This document shows, piece after piece, positions 1-9,704 of a stretch of DNA of 64,000 bases. The position numbers were made by a program, and so were the translations under genes. A model generated the notes under the pieces. It was not told the DNA's origin, did not search any database, and saw only the letters and a list, made by a program, of their open reading frames with translations. Where the stretch lies: assembly GCA_963729625.1 (NCBI GenBank), contig CAVSOU010000007.1, positions 192,001-256,000 on the forward strand, given 5' to 3'. The stretch comes from an uncultured bacterium (GTDB lineage Bacteria; Chloroflexota; UBA5177; JANWHV01). How positions within the stretch are numbered: the first letter of the stretch is position 1; the number at the start of each line of letters is the position of its first letter.

Positions 1-23
1 TGCTCCTGGCCTCGCCCATTCTG

Positions 24-530
24 GTGAGTACCGGCCCGCGCGCCCCAGTCTGTGTGCTGCTGCTTGCCTTCGCGGACTGGGCCGTGGCGCGCGTCACCCA
101 GGTTGCCCATCCTGAGCGCGACCGTTGGGACGTGCTGCACCTGCTCAGGCTCGTGCTCGCTGCAGCGGTCCTGGCTGGACTGTGTGCCATGTGGGCTGCA
201 CATGCTGGAGTCAACTGGGGACAGGTGGACAGTTGGTGGCAGTATGTCGTCGTCCTCTTCGCGTCCAGCGCGAGCTTGAGCGCGGCCGGTGCCTGGGGGA
301 TGTACCGCAGGCTCCACCCGCCGGTCTGGGTCCACGCCGTCGTCTCTATGAGGGACGCGGCCTGTGTTGTCCAGTCTGTCTGCTCCGGCCGTGGTCTGTA
401 TGGCGCCTATCGTTTTGGCGACGACGGCCGTGCAGCGTTCGTGGCCGCCTTCCCTACTGCTGAGAAGGCGCGCGAAGCGCTTGAGCGAGCGCCACGGTGT
501 GCCACGCAGGCCGTGAATGAGAGCGGCTGA
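24..530 (+). CDS. Hypothetical membrane protein (start uncertain)
   Basis: ORF with about three hydrophobic segments; no family motif recognised. Confidence 0.4.
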   Translation: MSTGPRAPVCVLLLAFADWAVARVTQVAHPERDRWDVLHLLRLVLAAAVLAGLCAMWAAHAGVNWGQVDSWWQYVVVLFASSASLSAAGAWGMYRRLHPPVWVHAVVSMRDAACVVQSVCSGRGLYGAYRFGDDGRAAFVAAFPTAEKAREALERAPRCATQAVNESG

Positions 531-687
531 TGCTGCGGAGGAGCCACGCGACCCATCTGCGGGCGGCCGGAACCTGCCTGGCCCCAGCCACGCTGGCGTG
601 CGGCGAGGGATTCACGGGCGTACTCGCCGAGCAGCCGCGCAGCCGCATAGCGCAAATCCCTTGCTGTCGAACCAGAAGGAGAAGGAC

Positions 688-1365
688 ATGAACGCGTCAA
701 GAAAGCTCGCAGTCGTGCTGGTGATCGCGCTTACCGCCCTCGCCGTCGGATCCGCGCCGCCAGCGCGTGCGGGAAGCGCGCCGCCTCAGGTCTTCCCGCC
801 CCAGGCACGCCCCTACGGCCGTACCTACGGTGACTGGGGAGTCCGGTTCATACAGTGGATGCTGGCCATACCTGCAGCGGAAAGCCCCATGCTGGATACC
901 TCCGGTGCGCGCTGCGCCAAAGGCCAGTCCGGGCCGGTCTGGTACCTGTTCGGCAGCAGTACCAGCCCCGTGATACGCACCTGCACCGTGCCGGCCGGCA
1001 CGGCGCTCTTCATCGCGCCGTTCACTGGGGAGTGTTCGACCGTGCAGGGCAACGGCCACACCTTCGTGGCTCTAGGCAGTTGCGCCACACGCATGACCGA
1101 TTCGTTGACTCGCGCGGATGTGACGGTGGACGGGCGCGTCACGCACCTGCTCCCCCACTACCGGTTTAAGACCTCCATGTTCAGCGTCACATATCCTGTC
1201 GGCAACCTACTCGGTGTGCCCGGGCCTGGGACCAGCAAGATGGTCGCTGACGGCTTCGCCGTCATGGTGGCGCCGCTGGCAACGGGGCGGCACACGGTCG
1301 GCCTGCGCGGCGGCACTGCCTCAGGCGCGGGAGAAGTCACGTACCATCTGACGATCGGCCGCTGA
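688..1365 (+). CDS. Secreted protein of unknown function (YGDW..QW / CxxxQSGPVWYL type)
   Basis: AGGAG SD before ATG 688; signal peptide ending ARA; paired Cys; motif PYGRTYGDWGVRFIQW..SPMLDTSGARCAKGQSGPVWYL. Confidence 0.75.
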   Translation: MNASRKLAVVLVIALTALAVGSAPPARAGSAPPQVFPPQARPYGRTYGDWGVRFIQWMLAIPAAESPMLDTSGARCAKGQSGPVWYLFGSSTSPVIRTCTVPAGTALFIAPFTGECSTVQGNGHTFVALGSCATRMTDSLTRADVTVDGRVTHLLPHYRFKTSMFSVTYPVGNLLGVPGPGTSKMVADGFAVMVAPLATGRHTVGLRGGTASGAGEVTYHLTIGR

Positions 1366-1580
1366 CCGGCACGGTCCGTTAGCACTGCACCGCTCGCCCC
1401 GGAGCAGGGTGCCGGATCGCGCGACGCGAATGGCAGCCCCCTTTGCCTTACCGCGCCGTTTCACGTACCTTAAGCCATCGCGGCGAGTCCAACCGCTAGT
1501 ATGGTGCTCACCCGCGGCTCTGGCAGGTCTCGTGCTCAGGTCGAGGACCGCTTCGACACCGACAGAAAGGACGACTGGCC

Positions 1581-3623
1581 GTGGCACCTAAGCAGCTCCT
1601 CCGCATAGCAAGTATCTGCGTGTTCCTGACCGCTTTGCCCCTGGCTGACCGTGCGCCTGCCGGCGCTGCACCTTCACTGTTCAACCGCAACCACCTCGTC
1701 AATGGCGATGCGGAGGCCGGACCCGCTCCCCTCATGCTGCCAGGCGCTGCCTGGGCTGCAACCCGGTCGGCGGCTCCAATCGGTGCGGCCGGCGCCGCTT
1801 CCTCGGCGGTGAAGGTGACTGCGGTCGCCGGCGGCTTGTACCATGGCCTGGCGCTGAGCTCGAGCGGCGCGGTGTTCGCCTGGGGCTGGAACATTACCGG
1901 CCAGCTATGCAACGGGAGCACCGATGGCAGCGACATGCCGGTGAAAGCGAGGCTGCCCGGCGGTACGAAGGTGACCGGGTTAGCCGCCGGCTTCGCCCAC
2001 AGCCTGGCGGTGACCTCGACCGGCGCGGTGCTCGCCTGTGGCAAGAACTATAACGGCGACCTCGGCGACGGGACCGCGACGGACAGCGAAGTGCCGGTGC
2101 GGGTGCGTCTGCCCGCGGGCACGAAGGTGTCCGCCGTCGCCGCCGGCGCCGACCACAATCTGGCGGTGACCTCGACTGGGACGGTGCTCGCCTGGGGCCT
2201 GGGCAACGAGGGCCAGCTCGGCAACGGCGGCACGGGCTCCAGCGCTGTCCCGGTGAGCGTGAGCTTACCTGCGGACACGAAGGCGACCGCCGTCGCCGCC
2301 GGCAGTCAATTCAGCCTGGCGCTGACCTCGAGTGGCACGGTTTTTGCCTGGGGCTACAACGTAGACGGCGAGCTCGGCGACGGGACCAAGACAAACAGCG
2401 ACGTGCCGGTGCAGGTGAAGCTGCCCACCGGTACCAGGGTGATCGCGGTCGCGGCTGGTGGCTACGACAGCCTGGCGCTGACGTCGACTGGCGCGGTGCT
2501 TGCCTGGGGCTACAACACAGACGGCGAGCTCGGTGACGGCGGCACGGCAAACAGCGACGTGCCGGTGAAGGTAAAGCTGCCCGCGGGCACCAAGGTGTCC
2601 GCCGTCGCCGCCGGCGGCCCCCTCACCGGAGTGGGCGTGACCACCGCCGGCCCCGGCCATAGCCTGGCAGTGACCTCCACCGGCGCGGTGCTCGCCTGGG
2701 GCTACAACACAGACGGCGAGCTGGGTGACGGCGGCACGGCAAACAGCGACGTGCCGGTGAAGGCGAAGCTGCCCGCGGGCACGAAGGTGTCCGCCGTCGC
2801 CGCCGGCGAACTGCACAGCCTGGCGGTGACCTTGACCGGCGCGGTGCTTGCCTGGGGTGGCAACAACTTCGGCCAGCTCGGCGACGGGAGCTACGCGGGG
2901 AGCGATGGGTCGGTGAAAGTGAAGCTGCCGGGGTTCGCCGCAGGGCCAGCGGCAACGCTCAGGCTCACGCAGCCCGCGCTCGCTGCGACGGCGCGTGCAA
3001 CCACTACGCAGAGCACCACGTTAGCGGGCTACACGTTCGCCAACTATATCGCGGTGCCGGGGGCTGTGAGCGCTATCATCGTCGTGCCCAAGCTCAACTG
3101 CAAGGCCACGCCGACAGCGGGGAGCGCGATGTACGCCGGCGTCGGCATCCAGTCCGTGAGCTCGTACGCCCGTCTGTATCTGGCTTGCACGCCGCAAAGG
3201 GTGGCCAGCTCATACCCATCGCTCGTGGTCAATGGCAGCACCAGGAACATCGCGAGCGACGTGGCCCGGACTGGAGACACGATCGAGCTCGCGGTGTCCC
3301 AGAGCGCCTCGCACGTGACGGTTTCGGTCATTGACATCACGCACGGGTTCATCGCCACCGGCAACGGCGCCGGCAGCGGCACAGGCGAGGGCATCACGGT
3401 CGGCGACTTTCCGGTGGTTTCTGGCGCGGCGACGTCTGGGATGCCCAACTTTGGCACCCTGGACTTCTCCAGCGCGCTGATCAATGGATACCCGTTCGGC
3501 TCCGCGAATCCCGGGCTCCAGGCCGACGATCTCTACGCGAGCTCGACGGGTCCGCGCGAGATCAAGAGCACCTACTCCGCCACTAATAAGGAGGCGTTCG
3601 CGACCGTCTTCGAGCATTCCTGA
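1581..3623 (+). CDS. Secreted RCC1-repeat beta-propeller protein with C-terminal G1 (A4) peptidase-like domain
   Basis: Signal peptide; seven AVAAGxxHSLA..GxVxAWGxNxxGxLGDG repeats; C-terminal LAGY / VSAIIVVPKLNC / GDTI / PNFGTLDFS pattern. Confidence 0.85.
   Translation: MAPKQLLRIASICVFLTALPLADRAPAGAAPSLFNRNHLVNGDAEAGPAPLMLPGAAWAATRSAAPIGAAGAASSAVKVTAVAGGLYHGLALSSSGAVFAWGWNITGQLCNGSTDGSDMPVKARLPGGTKVTGLAAGFAHSLAVTSTGAVLACGKNYNGDLGDGTATDSEVPVRVRLPAGTKVSAVAAGADHNLAVTSTGTVLAWGLGNEGQLGNGGTGSSAVPVSVSLPADTKATAVAAGSQFSLALTSSGTVFAWGYNVDGELGDGTKTNSDVPVQVKLPTGTRVIAVAAGGYDSLALTSTGAVLAWGYNTDGELGDGGTANSDVPVKVKLPAGTKVSAVAAGGPLTGVGVTTAGPGHSLAVTSTGAVLAWGYNTDGELGDGGTANSDVPVKAKLPAGTKVSAVAAGELHSLAVTLTGAVLAWGGNNFGQLGDGSYAGSDGSVKVKLPGFAAGPAATLRLTQPALAATARATTTQSTTLAGYTFANYIAVPGAVSAIIVVPKLNCKATPTAGSAMYAGVGIQSVSSYARLYLACTPQRVASSYPSLVVNGSTRNIASDVARTGDTIELAVSQSASHVTVSVIDITHGFIATGNGAGSGTGEGITVGDFPVVSGAATSGMPNFGTLDFSSALINGYPFGSANPGLQADDLYASSTGPREIKSTYSATNKEAFATVFEHS
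2490..2808 (+). repeat. Two near-identical ~127-bp RCC1 blade-coding repeats (about 2490-2616 and 2682-2808)
   Basis: Both read GGCGCGGTGCTyGCCTGGGGCTACAACACAGACGGCGAGCT...AAGGTGTCCGCCGTCGCCGCCGGCG with only a handful of substitutions. Confidence 0.85.
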
Positions 3624-4415
3624 CAGCGGGGTCCGCGCCGGGTGGCACTTCACTGCACTGGCGTGAGCCACTGAGCGCTGGGCGGCCCAGAGCGTGCTCC
3701 GCACGGCTGGTCGGGCCGGCTCCAGCAGCCGACGCTCATAAGCTGGAACTCCGGCCTTGACGTGAGGAAGGCTGGACACTACCGCTGCCACTTTGACGCC
3801 GCTGGGAGCGGAAAGCGCCGCAAGGCGCCGCGGTCGCCAAGAACAGCCTGCCGGCGCGCGCGTAGGTCTCCAGGTCACTCCACACGTCAGTGAACGAGCC
3901 CCCCTGACCTTTGCCAGCCTTGGCATGCGCAACAGCTACCGTAACCGGCCGACGCTCGGATCGGGAAGCCGGGGCCGCGCCAGGTCCGCCGGCCGTGAGT
4001 CGACCGAAAGTGCCCCACGAGATTACAAAAACTTTACACCTCCGCAACGACCCGGTAACCTCCGTCTCCTAGCATGAACTTCAGGAGGCGCGAAGCAAAT
4101 GGACCGGATGGGTCCGGCACGCGCGGTATGTTAGGACAGGGGTTGCCCTGAGCATCGCCGGTGTGACGGGTCCGACGAACGGCCCGCATGTTTGATTCGC
4201 TACCTCCAACACAGGCAGGGACCCTACGTCGTATGTTGTGGCGTTGGCCGACACTGCAAGATCGAATTGGGATACGCCTCGCCTGAGCCACACAGCTGTG
4301 GCGGACGAAATGTGAGGAGGGACGGACGGGCGGCCGGCCCGTACCTCTCGACTCAGGACTACGTGCGAATGTCCGGGCGGCCGGACCGCGTGTTCCTCGT
4401 TCGCCGGTGAAAACG

Positions 4416-4459
4416 GAAAAGCTCCCCTGATGAAGTGAGGGTCACCAGGGGAGTTTTTC
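4416..4459. terminator. Probable bidirectional intrinsic terminator
   Basis: GAAAAGCTCCCCTG...CAGGGGAGTTTTTC inverted repeat with A-tract and T-tract ends. Confidence 0.65.
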
Positions 4460-4477
4460 TGCGCGCATGGCGCCACC

Positions 4478-5434
4478 GTGGTGGCAGTCGCCCGCAACCG
4501 GAAAAGAATCCCTATAATAGGGGAGCGTACTTGCGTGCGGTCGCGACACGTCCGGATAGAAGGACCTTTGAGCACACAACCACTGAGCAGAACAATTCGG
4601 GAATCTATTGCCAGGATGGTGGCCACGGGCGCCCCTCCGGTGCTGGACGCGCCGTTCAGCCCGGCAGGCTTTCGTATCGTGCTGGCTCGCAACCGTATTC
4701 GTGGCACTGACGATGCTCTCAGCATGTTCTCGATGCGCGCTCCCACGAGCGTGACACACTACATTTGGTCGAGCCAGGTCATATGTCCGGGCCTCTCCGA
4801 CGAGGACTCTGCCGTGTTCCGCGACGAGATTGAAGCGATCCTGTTTCGTTACCTCAATCCGCTCGACGTAGTGCATGGGCGCGAGAGAACTGTGTGGCTC
4901 CTCAGCGAGACGGAGCAAAGCCAGCTGGCACGCGTCATGGCACTGCCTCCGGAGGATGAGCTGGACTACATTTACATGGCCGGCCCCAGCGCTCAGTGGG
5001 CAGGGCCGGTGCGTGGACTTCACAAGACGATGGCAACACTCGTTCAGCTCCTGAGCAGGCATCCAGATTTTGTCACTGGCAAGGCGGTGTGCAGAATTCC
5101 TGTCAGTTTCATCTTTCTGGGCGATGCGCAAAGCCTCGAGCGCGTTCCTTCGGCAGGTATTAGCGTCGACGGGCGGACCGCGCCGATCCGCGGGGTCTTC
5201 GCGATCGACACAAGTAGCTACATGGATGCGCTTGTGCAGCTTGGCGAAGAAGAAGCACGCGACCTGGTGGCCGTGGAGTTCGCATTTTCCGGCACGTGCA
5301 TCCGCGCGCAAGGCCCCCTGGGCATTCCTATGTATCGCATCCCGCATGCAATCCACGCAGACGCCGTGCGCAGCATTACCATAGTAAATGGAAACCGCGT
5401 TACCTTTGAGGCGCCGGCCAGCCCGCCGGCGTGA
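4478..5434 (+). CDS. Hypothetical protein (true start may be ATG 4616)
   Basis: Long ORF with globular-protein composition; no secure family assignment. Confidence 0.6.
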   Translation: MVAVARNRKRIPIIGERTCVRSRHVRIEGPLSTQPLSRTIRESIARMVATGAPPVLDAPFSPAGFRIVLARNRIRGTDDALSMFSMRAPTSVTHYIWSSQVICPGLSDEDSAVFRDEIEAILFRYLNPLDVVHGRERTVWLLSETEQSQLARVMALPPEDELDYIYMAGPSAQWAGPVRGLHKTMATLVQLLSRHPDFVTGKAVCRIPVSFIFLGDAQSLERVPSAGISVDGRTAPIRGVFAIDTSSYMDALVQLGEEEARDLVAVEFAFSGTCIRAQGPLGIPMYRIPHAIHADAVRSITIVNGNRVTFEAPASPPA

Positions 5435-5650
5435 CGGGGTGCTGTGGTCGCCGCGCGGGACAAGCGGCGCGCATCTGGGAAGCGCGGTGGCTCATGCTGG
5501 GGCAATGTGCGATATGTGCCGGCATGACCCTGCTGAAACAAATGCTTCTAGCCGATAGATCAGCTGTGGAAGCTGAAGCGATGCAGTGAAGTGGCCGGCG
5601 TTGGGGCTTTTGGAGGGCGGCTGGTGGTTTGCGAGGCGGATCGTAGTCAG

Positions 5651-8365
5651 ATGACAAGCGATCCCGGCAGCCGACTTACTGCGTTAAGCAGAATTGCGCT
5701 ACGCATTTGCGAACATCCAGATCTGCATGAGCTCTGTAGATTCGTGTACAGCCGAGTGCGCGATCAGATGCTGGTGGATTCGTTCTATGTCGCGCTGGCC
5801 GAACGGGAGTCCGAGGGTTTGCATGGGCTGCTGATCATAGACGATGGCAGAGAGTACCCTCCGCAGAGCCTGCATGTGCCGGCGCACGAGCGTGCCGCGG
5901 GGCCTGCCCCGGCGCTTCTGAGCCAGCTTCAACTCGAGCAACAAGTGACCTCAGGAGGCGGTAAACCCGCACGGAGCGGGATAAAGTGCGCAATGCGCGC
6001 CGGAGGCCGACCGCTTGGGCAGATCGCCGTTTTGTGCCGAGAGCCTGAGGCGTATACGCTCGACGATGCGCAGTTTCTTCAGGCTGTAGCCGATCAGCTC
6101 AGCACGGCGGTCGAGCGTGACCGGTACCAGGCAGAAGCCGAGACTCGTGAGGCAGAGCTGCAGAGGATATTGGACAGTGAGCATCGTACCCAGGACTCCA
6201 TGTCCATCGACTTCGCTCTTCGCGAGCTGGCTCGCGGGCTGCTGCGCGTGTCGGGCGCGGATGGAGTAATTGTCACGCTCTGGGATGACGCAACGGATGA
6301 AGGTATCCCCGCTGCCTATGCTGCTGCGCCCGGTGTGACGCTCCAGGGCTTGCTAAACGCGGTGCCGCGCCAGGCGATCCGGCTGACGATGGAGGAGCTT
6401 GATGCCGCTCCAGCTGTGATGCACGTCGCCGGAGGCGCCTCGACTTCACGATGGTCGTCCTCGGATGGCTGGTGCTCAGTGCTAACACTACCGCTGGTGG
6501 TCGAAAGCGACTGGCTCGGCATCGTGGAAGCAGGGAGCAAAGACCCTGGCTTCGAATTCACAGCGCAGGCGATTGCCACGTGCCGCGTCGTCCTCCAGCA
6601 GGCAGCCGTGGGCGTTTACCACGCAAGGGTTTCCGAGCACGCTGTCGAGCGCACCACGTCTCTGTCCGGCCTGACGAGCTTCGCGGAAGCATTGAGCAAT
6701 GCTCCGGATGACCTGGATGTCGTACTCCAGATCATCTGTGATGAGGCGCGCAAACTCCTTTCGATGAGCCACTCGTCGTTGTTTCTTCTCAGCGCGTCCG
6801 AGCAGATGCTCACACTCTGTGCTCGCAGCGGTGTCCCCGGCCCGCAGAATATCGGAGATCAGATACCCCTCGATCACGTGAACTCCGTCGCCGCCCGCGC
6901 CATCACGGAACGCCACATGATCGTTGAGACAGAGCTCAACAGGGACGCAACAGGAGCCGACCAGCCGCCACTCCCGGTCGCGCTTGACATAGGCCGAGCG
7001 AAGAGTGTGATTGTTGTGCCGCTTCGGCACAATGGGGTGAGTCTCGGCGCACTGCTGCTGTCCGATCGACGGCATCGTAACGGATTCCAGTCCGAGGAGA
7101 TTCGCCTTGCAACGGGGGTGGGGAGTCAGGCCGCCGCAGCTCTGGCACGGTCCCAGATCCGCGCCGCGGAGCAAGAGCGGCTCCAGATCGCCTCTGCGCT
7201 CGGACGAATCAGTGCCAGTATCGGAGCCGAGGACGACCCGACGGCAACATTCAATCTGATACTTCGCGAAGCGGACTCGCTGATTGGGTACGACCAGGCA
7301 GGGATCTATGTCTTCGACGAGTCGCATCTGACCGTGGCCGCGGCAGTGGGTACAACCCTGTCGAGAGTGCCGCAGAACGCTGCAACCTTGCGCCTGTGGA
7401 GAGAGCCGAACAACCTCGACCTCGCGGCGTGTATGCGCGATCCTGCCCTGATCCGTGCGTTCGGACCGGCCCGCTTCGCCGACCTGCTCAGCGTACCACT
7501 CCTGGTGGACGGCGCGGTCGCCGGGCGAGTGACGTTCGCGTCCACCCGCGCCGGCAGGTACGACGCGCACCAGATGCAGTTGGCCACGCTGCTTGCCGAA
7601 AGAACCGCACACCTCGTGACCGTCTTGCGGCTACGCGCGGCCCAAAAGGAGACAATGGCCAAGCTTGTTGAGCTCGACGACATGCGGCGCGATTTTGTGG
7701 CCACGGTCTCACACGAGCTCCGCACGCCACTTACAGGCATCCTGGGTTATGTCGAGCTCATGCTGAGCCGCTGGAACAGTCTTGATGACAGCCGGCGAAA
7801 GGAGATGCTGCTGCGTACGCAGAGCTCCGCGACCCGCCTCGAGCATCTCGTGAAGGACCTTCTGCTGTTCTCGAACGTCGAGCATCAGGCGCTCAGGCTA
7901 GAAATAGCCGGCTACGCGGTGGACACGTTGATCGAGCAGGCAGCTGACGTGGTGCGCACCAAATTCCGTGGCCAGGAGCTTGATATCAAGCATCCGGACG
8001 AAAGCGCATTGGTGCTGGTCGACGCGCAACGAGCAGTCCAGGTGGCAACGAACGTACTGGACAATGCGGTCAAGTACTCACCCGTAGGGAGCGTGGTCCA
8101 CGTCCGCTGGAAGATTCACAGACATGCCGTCGAGATCGTTGTTCGCGACCACGGCCCGGGCATTAGCGTCGAGAGCATGGATCGACTGTTCACTCGCTTC
8201 GGCACTCTCGGCCACCAGCCACGTCCCGGCCAGGTTGGCTCTGGTATCGGCCTTTACATCTGCAAGAAACTGGTTGAGGCGATGAACGGCAGGATTTGGG
8301 CCGTCAGCCAGCCTGGCCACGGCAGCTCGTTCCACTTCACTCTGCCGCGATTCTTCGACACCTAG
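5651..8365 (+). CDS. Cytoplasmic multi-GAF sensor histidine kinase
   Basis: About four GAF-like repeats; H-box FVATVSHELRTPL; N-box NVLDNAVKYS; G-boxes DHGPG and GSGIGL. Confidence 0.92.
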   Translation: MTSDPGSRLTALSRIALRICEHPDLHELCRFVYSRVRDQMLVDSFYVALAERESEGLHGLLIIDDGREYPPQSLHVPAHERAAGPAPALLSQLQLEQQVTSGGGKPARSGIKCAMRAGGRPLGQIAVLCREPEAYTLDDAQFLQAVADQLSTAVERDRYQAEAETREAELQRILDSEHRTQDSMSIDFALRELARGLLRVSGADGVIVTLWDDATDEGIPAAYAAAPGVTLQGLLNAVPRQAIRLTMEELDAAPAVMHVAGGASTSRWSSSDGWCSVLTLPLVVESDWLGIVEAGSKDPGFEFTAQAIATCRVVLQQAAVGVYHARVSEHAVERTTSLSGLTSFAEALSNAPDDLDVVLQIICDEARKLLSMSHSSLFLLSASEQMLTLCARSGVPGPQNIGDQIPLDHVNSVAARAITERHMIVETELNRDATGADQPPLPVALDIGRAKSVIVVPLRHNGVSLGALLLSDRRHRNGFQSEEIRLATGVGSQAAAALARSQIRAAEQERLQIASALGRISASIGAEDDPTATFNLILREADSLIGYDQAGIYVFDESHLTVAAAVGTTLSRVPQNAATLRLWREPNNLDLAACMRDPALIRAFGPARFADLLSVPLLVDGAVAGRVTFASTRAGRYDAHQMQLATLLAERTAHLVTVLRLRAAQKETMAKLVELDDMRRDFVATVSHELRTPLTGILGYVELMLSRWNSLDDSRRKEMLLRTQSSATRLEHLVKDLLLFSNVEHQALRLEIAGYAVDTLIEQAADVVRTKFRGQELDIKHPDESALVLVDAQRAVQVATNVLDNAVKYSPVGSVVHVRWKIHRHAVEIVVRDHGPGISVESMDRLFTRFGTLGHQPRPGQVGSGIGLYICKKLVEAMNGRIWAVSQPGHGSSFHFTLPRFFDT

Positions 8366-8377
8366 CCGCCGCCTCAG

Positions 8378-9640
8378 CTACGCTGGGAAAGGAACGCCCA
8401 GTTCCTTGCTCAGCGTGCGCAACCCCTCCACTGTCTTGGTATCGAGCGGCACGCCGACGATTTTGTGGCGCTCCGTCGCTTCATCCTCGGGTTGACCCGC
8501 CACGAGCACACGATCGGCGCCAACCGCGGGTGGCGTTTCCTTGAGCTCATGAATGAGGTGATCCATCCGCTCTCGGAATTCGCTGGTCGGTAGTACCAGA
8601 TCGGGTCTGAACGCCATGAAGAAATGTCCGATGTTAGACGCCTGTTCCGTTCCCCAAAATCCCGCCAAATGCGGGCCGTAGCCGGCGCCCGACAGTATTC
8701 CGGACAGCACGTCGACGAGTATCGCCAGGTCATAGCCTTTGTGCCCGCCAAGGTCCCGGGTGCCGCCGAGCGGCATGGGCGCGCCACCGTCCAGCGCGGC
8801 TTTCGGATCGGTTGTGGGCTGCCCCTCTTTGTCCACTGCCCAACCGACCGGCATCGTCTTGCCCTGACGCGCGGCAACCTCTAGCTTGCCGCGAGGGACA
8901 ACGCTCGTCGCCATGTCGAGCACCCAAGGTCGCTCATCCTTGGCCGGCACGGCAACCGCGATCGGGTTCGTTCCGGTCATAATCTTCTTGCCGAAGGTCG
9001 GCATCACCAGTGGCGTCGTGTTGGTGAAGGCCCAGCCGACCATGTGGTATTTCAATGCCATCATCGCGTAATAGCCGGCAATACCAAAGTGATTGCTGTG
9101 GAATACCGTGGCGAGGCCGATGCCGGATTGTTGTGCCTTCTCAATTACCTTGGTCATGGTGAAAGAGCTCGCCACCTGGCCAAGGCCATTTCCGGCGTCG
9201 ACGCGAAGGCTAACCGGCGTCTCGTGCACAACCTCGACCTTCGGATGCACCTCAATCAAGCCGCCCCGGATGCGCTTAACGTACTGGTACAGACGCGCTA
9301 CGCCATGCGAGTCGACGCCGCGGAGATCGGCCGCCACCAGCACGTCGGCCGTCGTCCAGGCGTCCTGCGGAGGCACGTCGAGCGCGGTGAGCAGTTCGGC
9401 CACGAACGCGCGCAAGCGGTCAGCGTCGACGTACAGGGCCCCGCTGGTGTCGGCCACGCGCGCCGGAACTTGCAGGTCCGCGAGAAACGCGCGCAGCTTG
9501 GCGTCGTCCAACCGCCCCAGCACGTCATCCGGCTCTGAGACTTCCAGGCCGTTCAGGAGGTTTCCCACAGCTTTCCTGAGCTGTTCGGCGCCTATGAGAC
9601 CGTCGCCCTGCAGTTCCGCGCCGGCGGCATCCGTTGACAT
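8378..9640 (-). CDS. Ldh_2 family (malate/L-lactate/sulfolactate dehydrogenase-like) oxidoreductase
   Basis: ADLRGVDSHGVARL, SNHFG, GTNPIA, LDMATS, GGHKGY motifs. Confidence 0.9.
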   Translation of the reverse strand: MSTDAAGAELQGDGLIGAEQLRKAVGNLLNGLEVSEPDDVLGRLDDAKLRAFLADLQVPARVADTSGALYVDADRLRAFVAELLTALDVPPQDAWTTADVLVAADLRGVDSHGVARLYQYVKRIRGGLIEVHPKVEVVHETPVSLRVDAGNGLGQVASSFTMTKVIEKAQQSGIGLATVFHSNHFGIAGYYAMMALKYHMVGWAFTNTTPLVMPTFGKKIMTGTNPIAVAVPAKDERPWVLDMATSVVPRGKLEVAARQGKTMPVGWAVDKEGQPTTDPKAALDGGAPMPLGGTRDLGGHKGYDLAILVDVLSGILSGAGYGPHLAGFWGTEQASNIGHFFMAFRPDLVLPTSEFRERMDHLIHELKETPPAVGADRVLVAGQPEDEATERHKIVGVPLDTKTVEGLRTLSKELGVPFPA

Positions 9641-9704
9641 ATCACGCGCACCTCTCACTGACACTTCAATTCCATCACCTGAAGCGTACCAGAAGCCCGA
9701 GCCA

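Noticed and set aside
1820-2930. RCC1 repeats as a CRISPR array or DGR template/variable pair
   Set aside because: The repeats are in-frame protein repeats, the differences are not adenine-specific, and no cas or reverse transcriptase gene is present.
4405-4460. CTGATGA with nearby GAAA resembling a hammerhead ribozyme core
   Set aside because: No GAAA follows the would-be stem II and stems I/III cannot be formed; better explained as a terminator.
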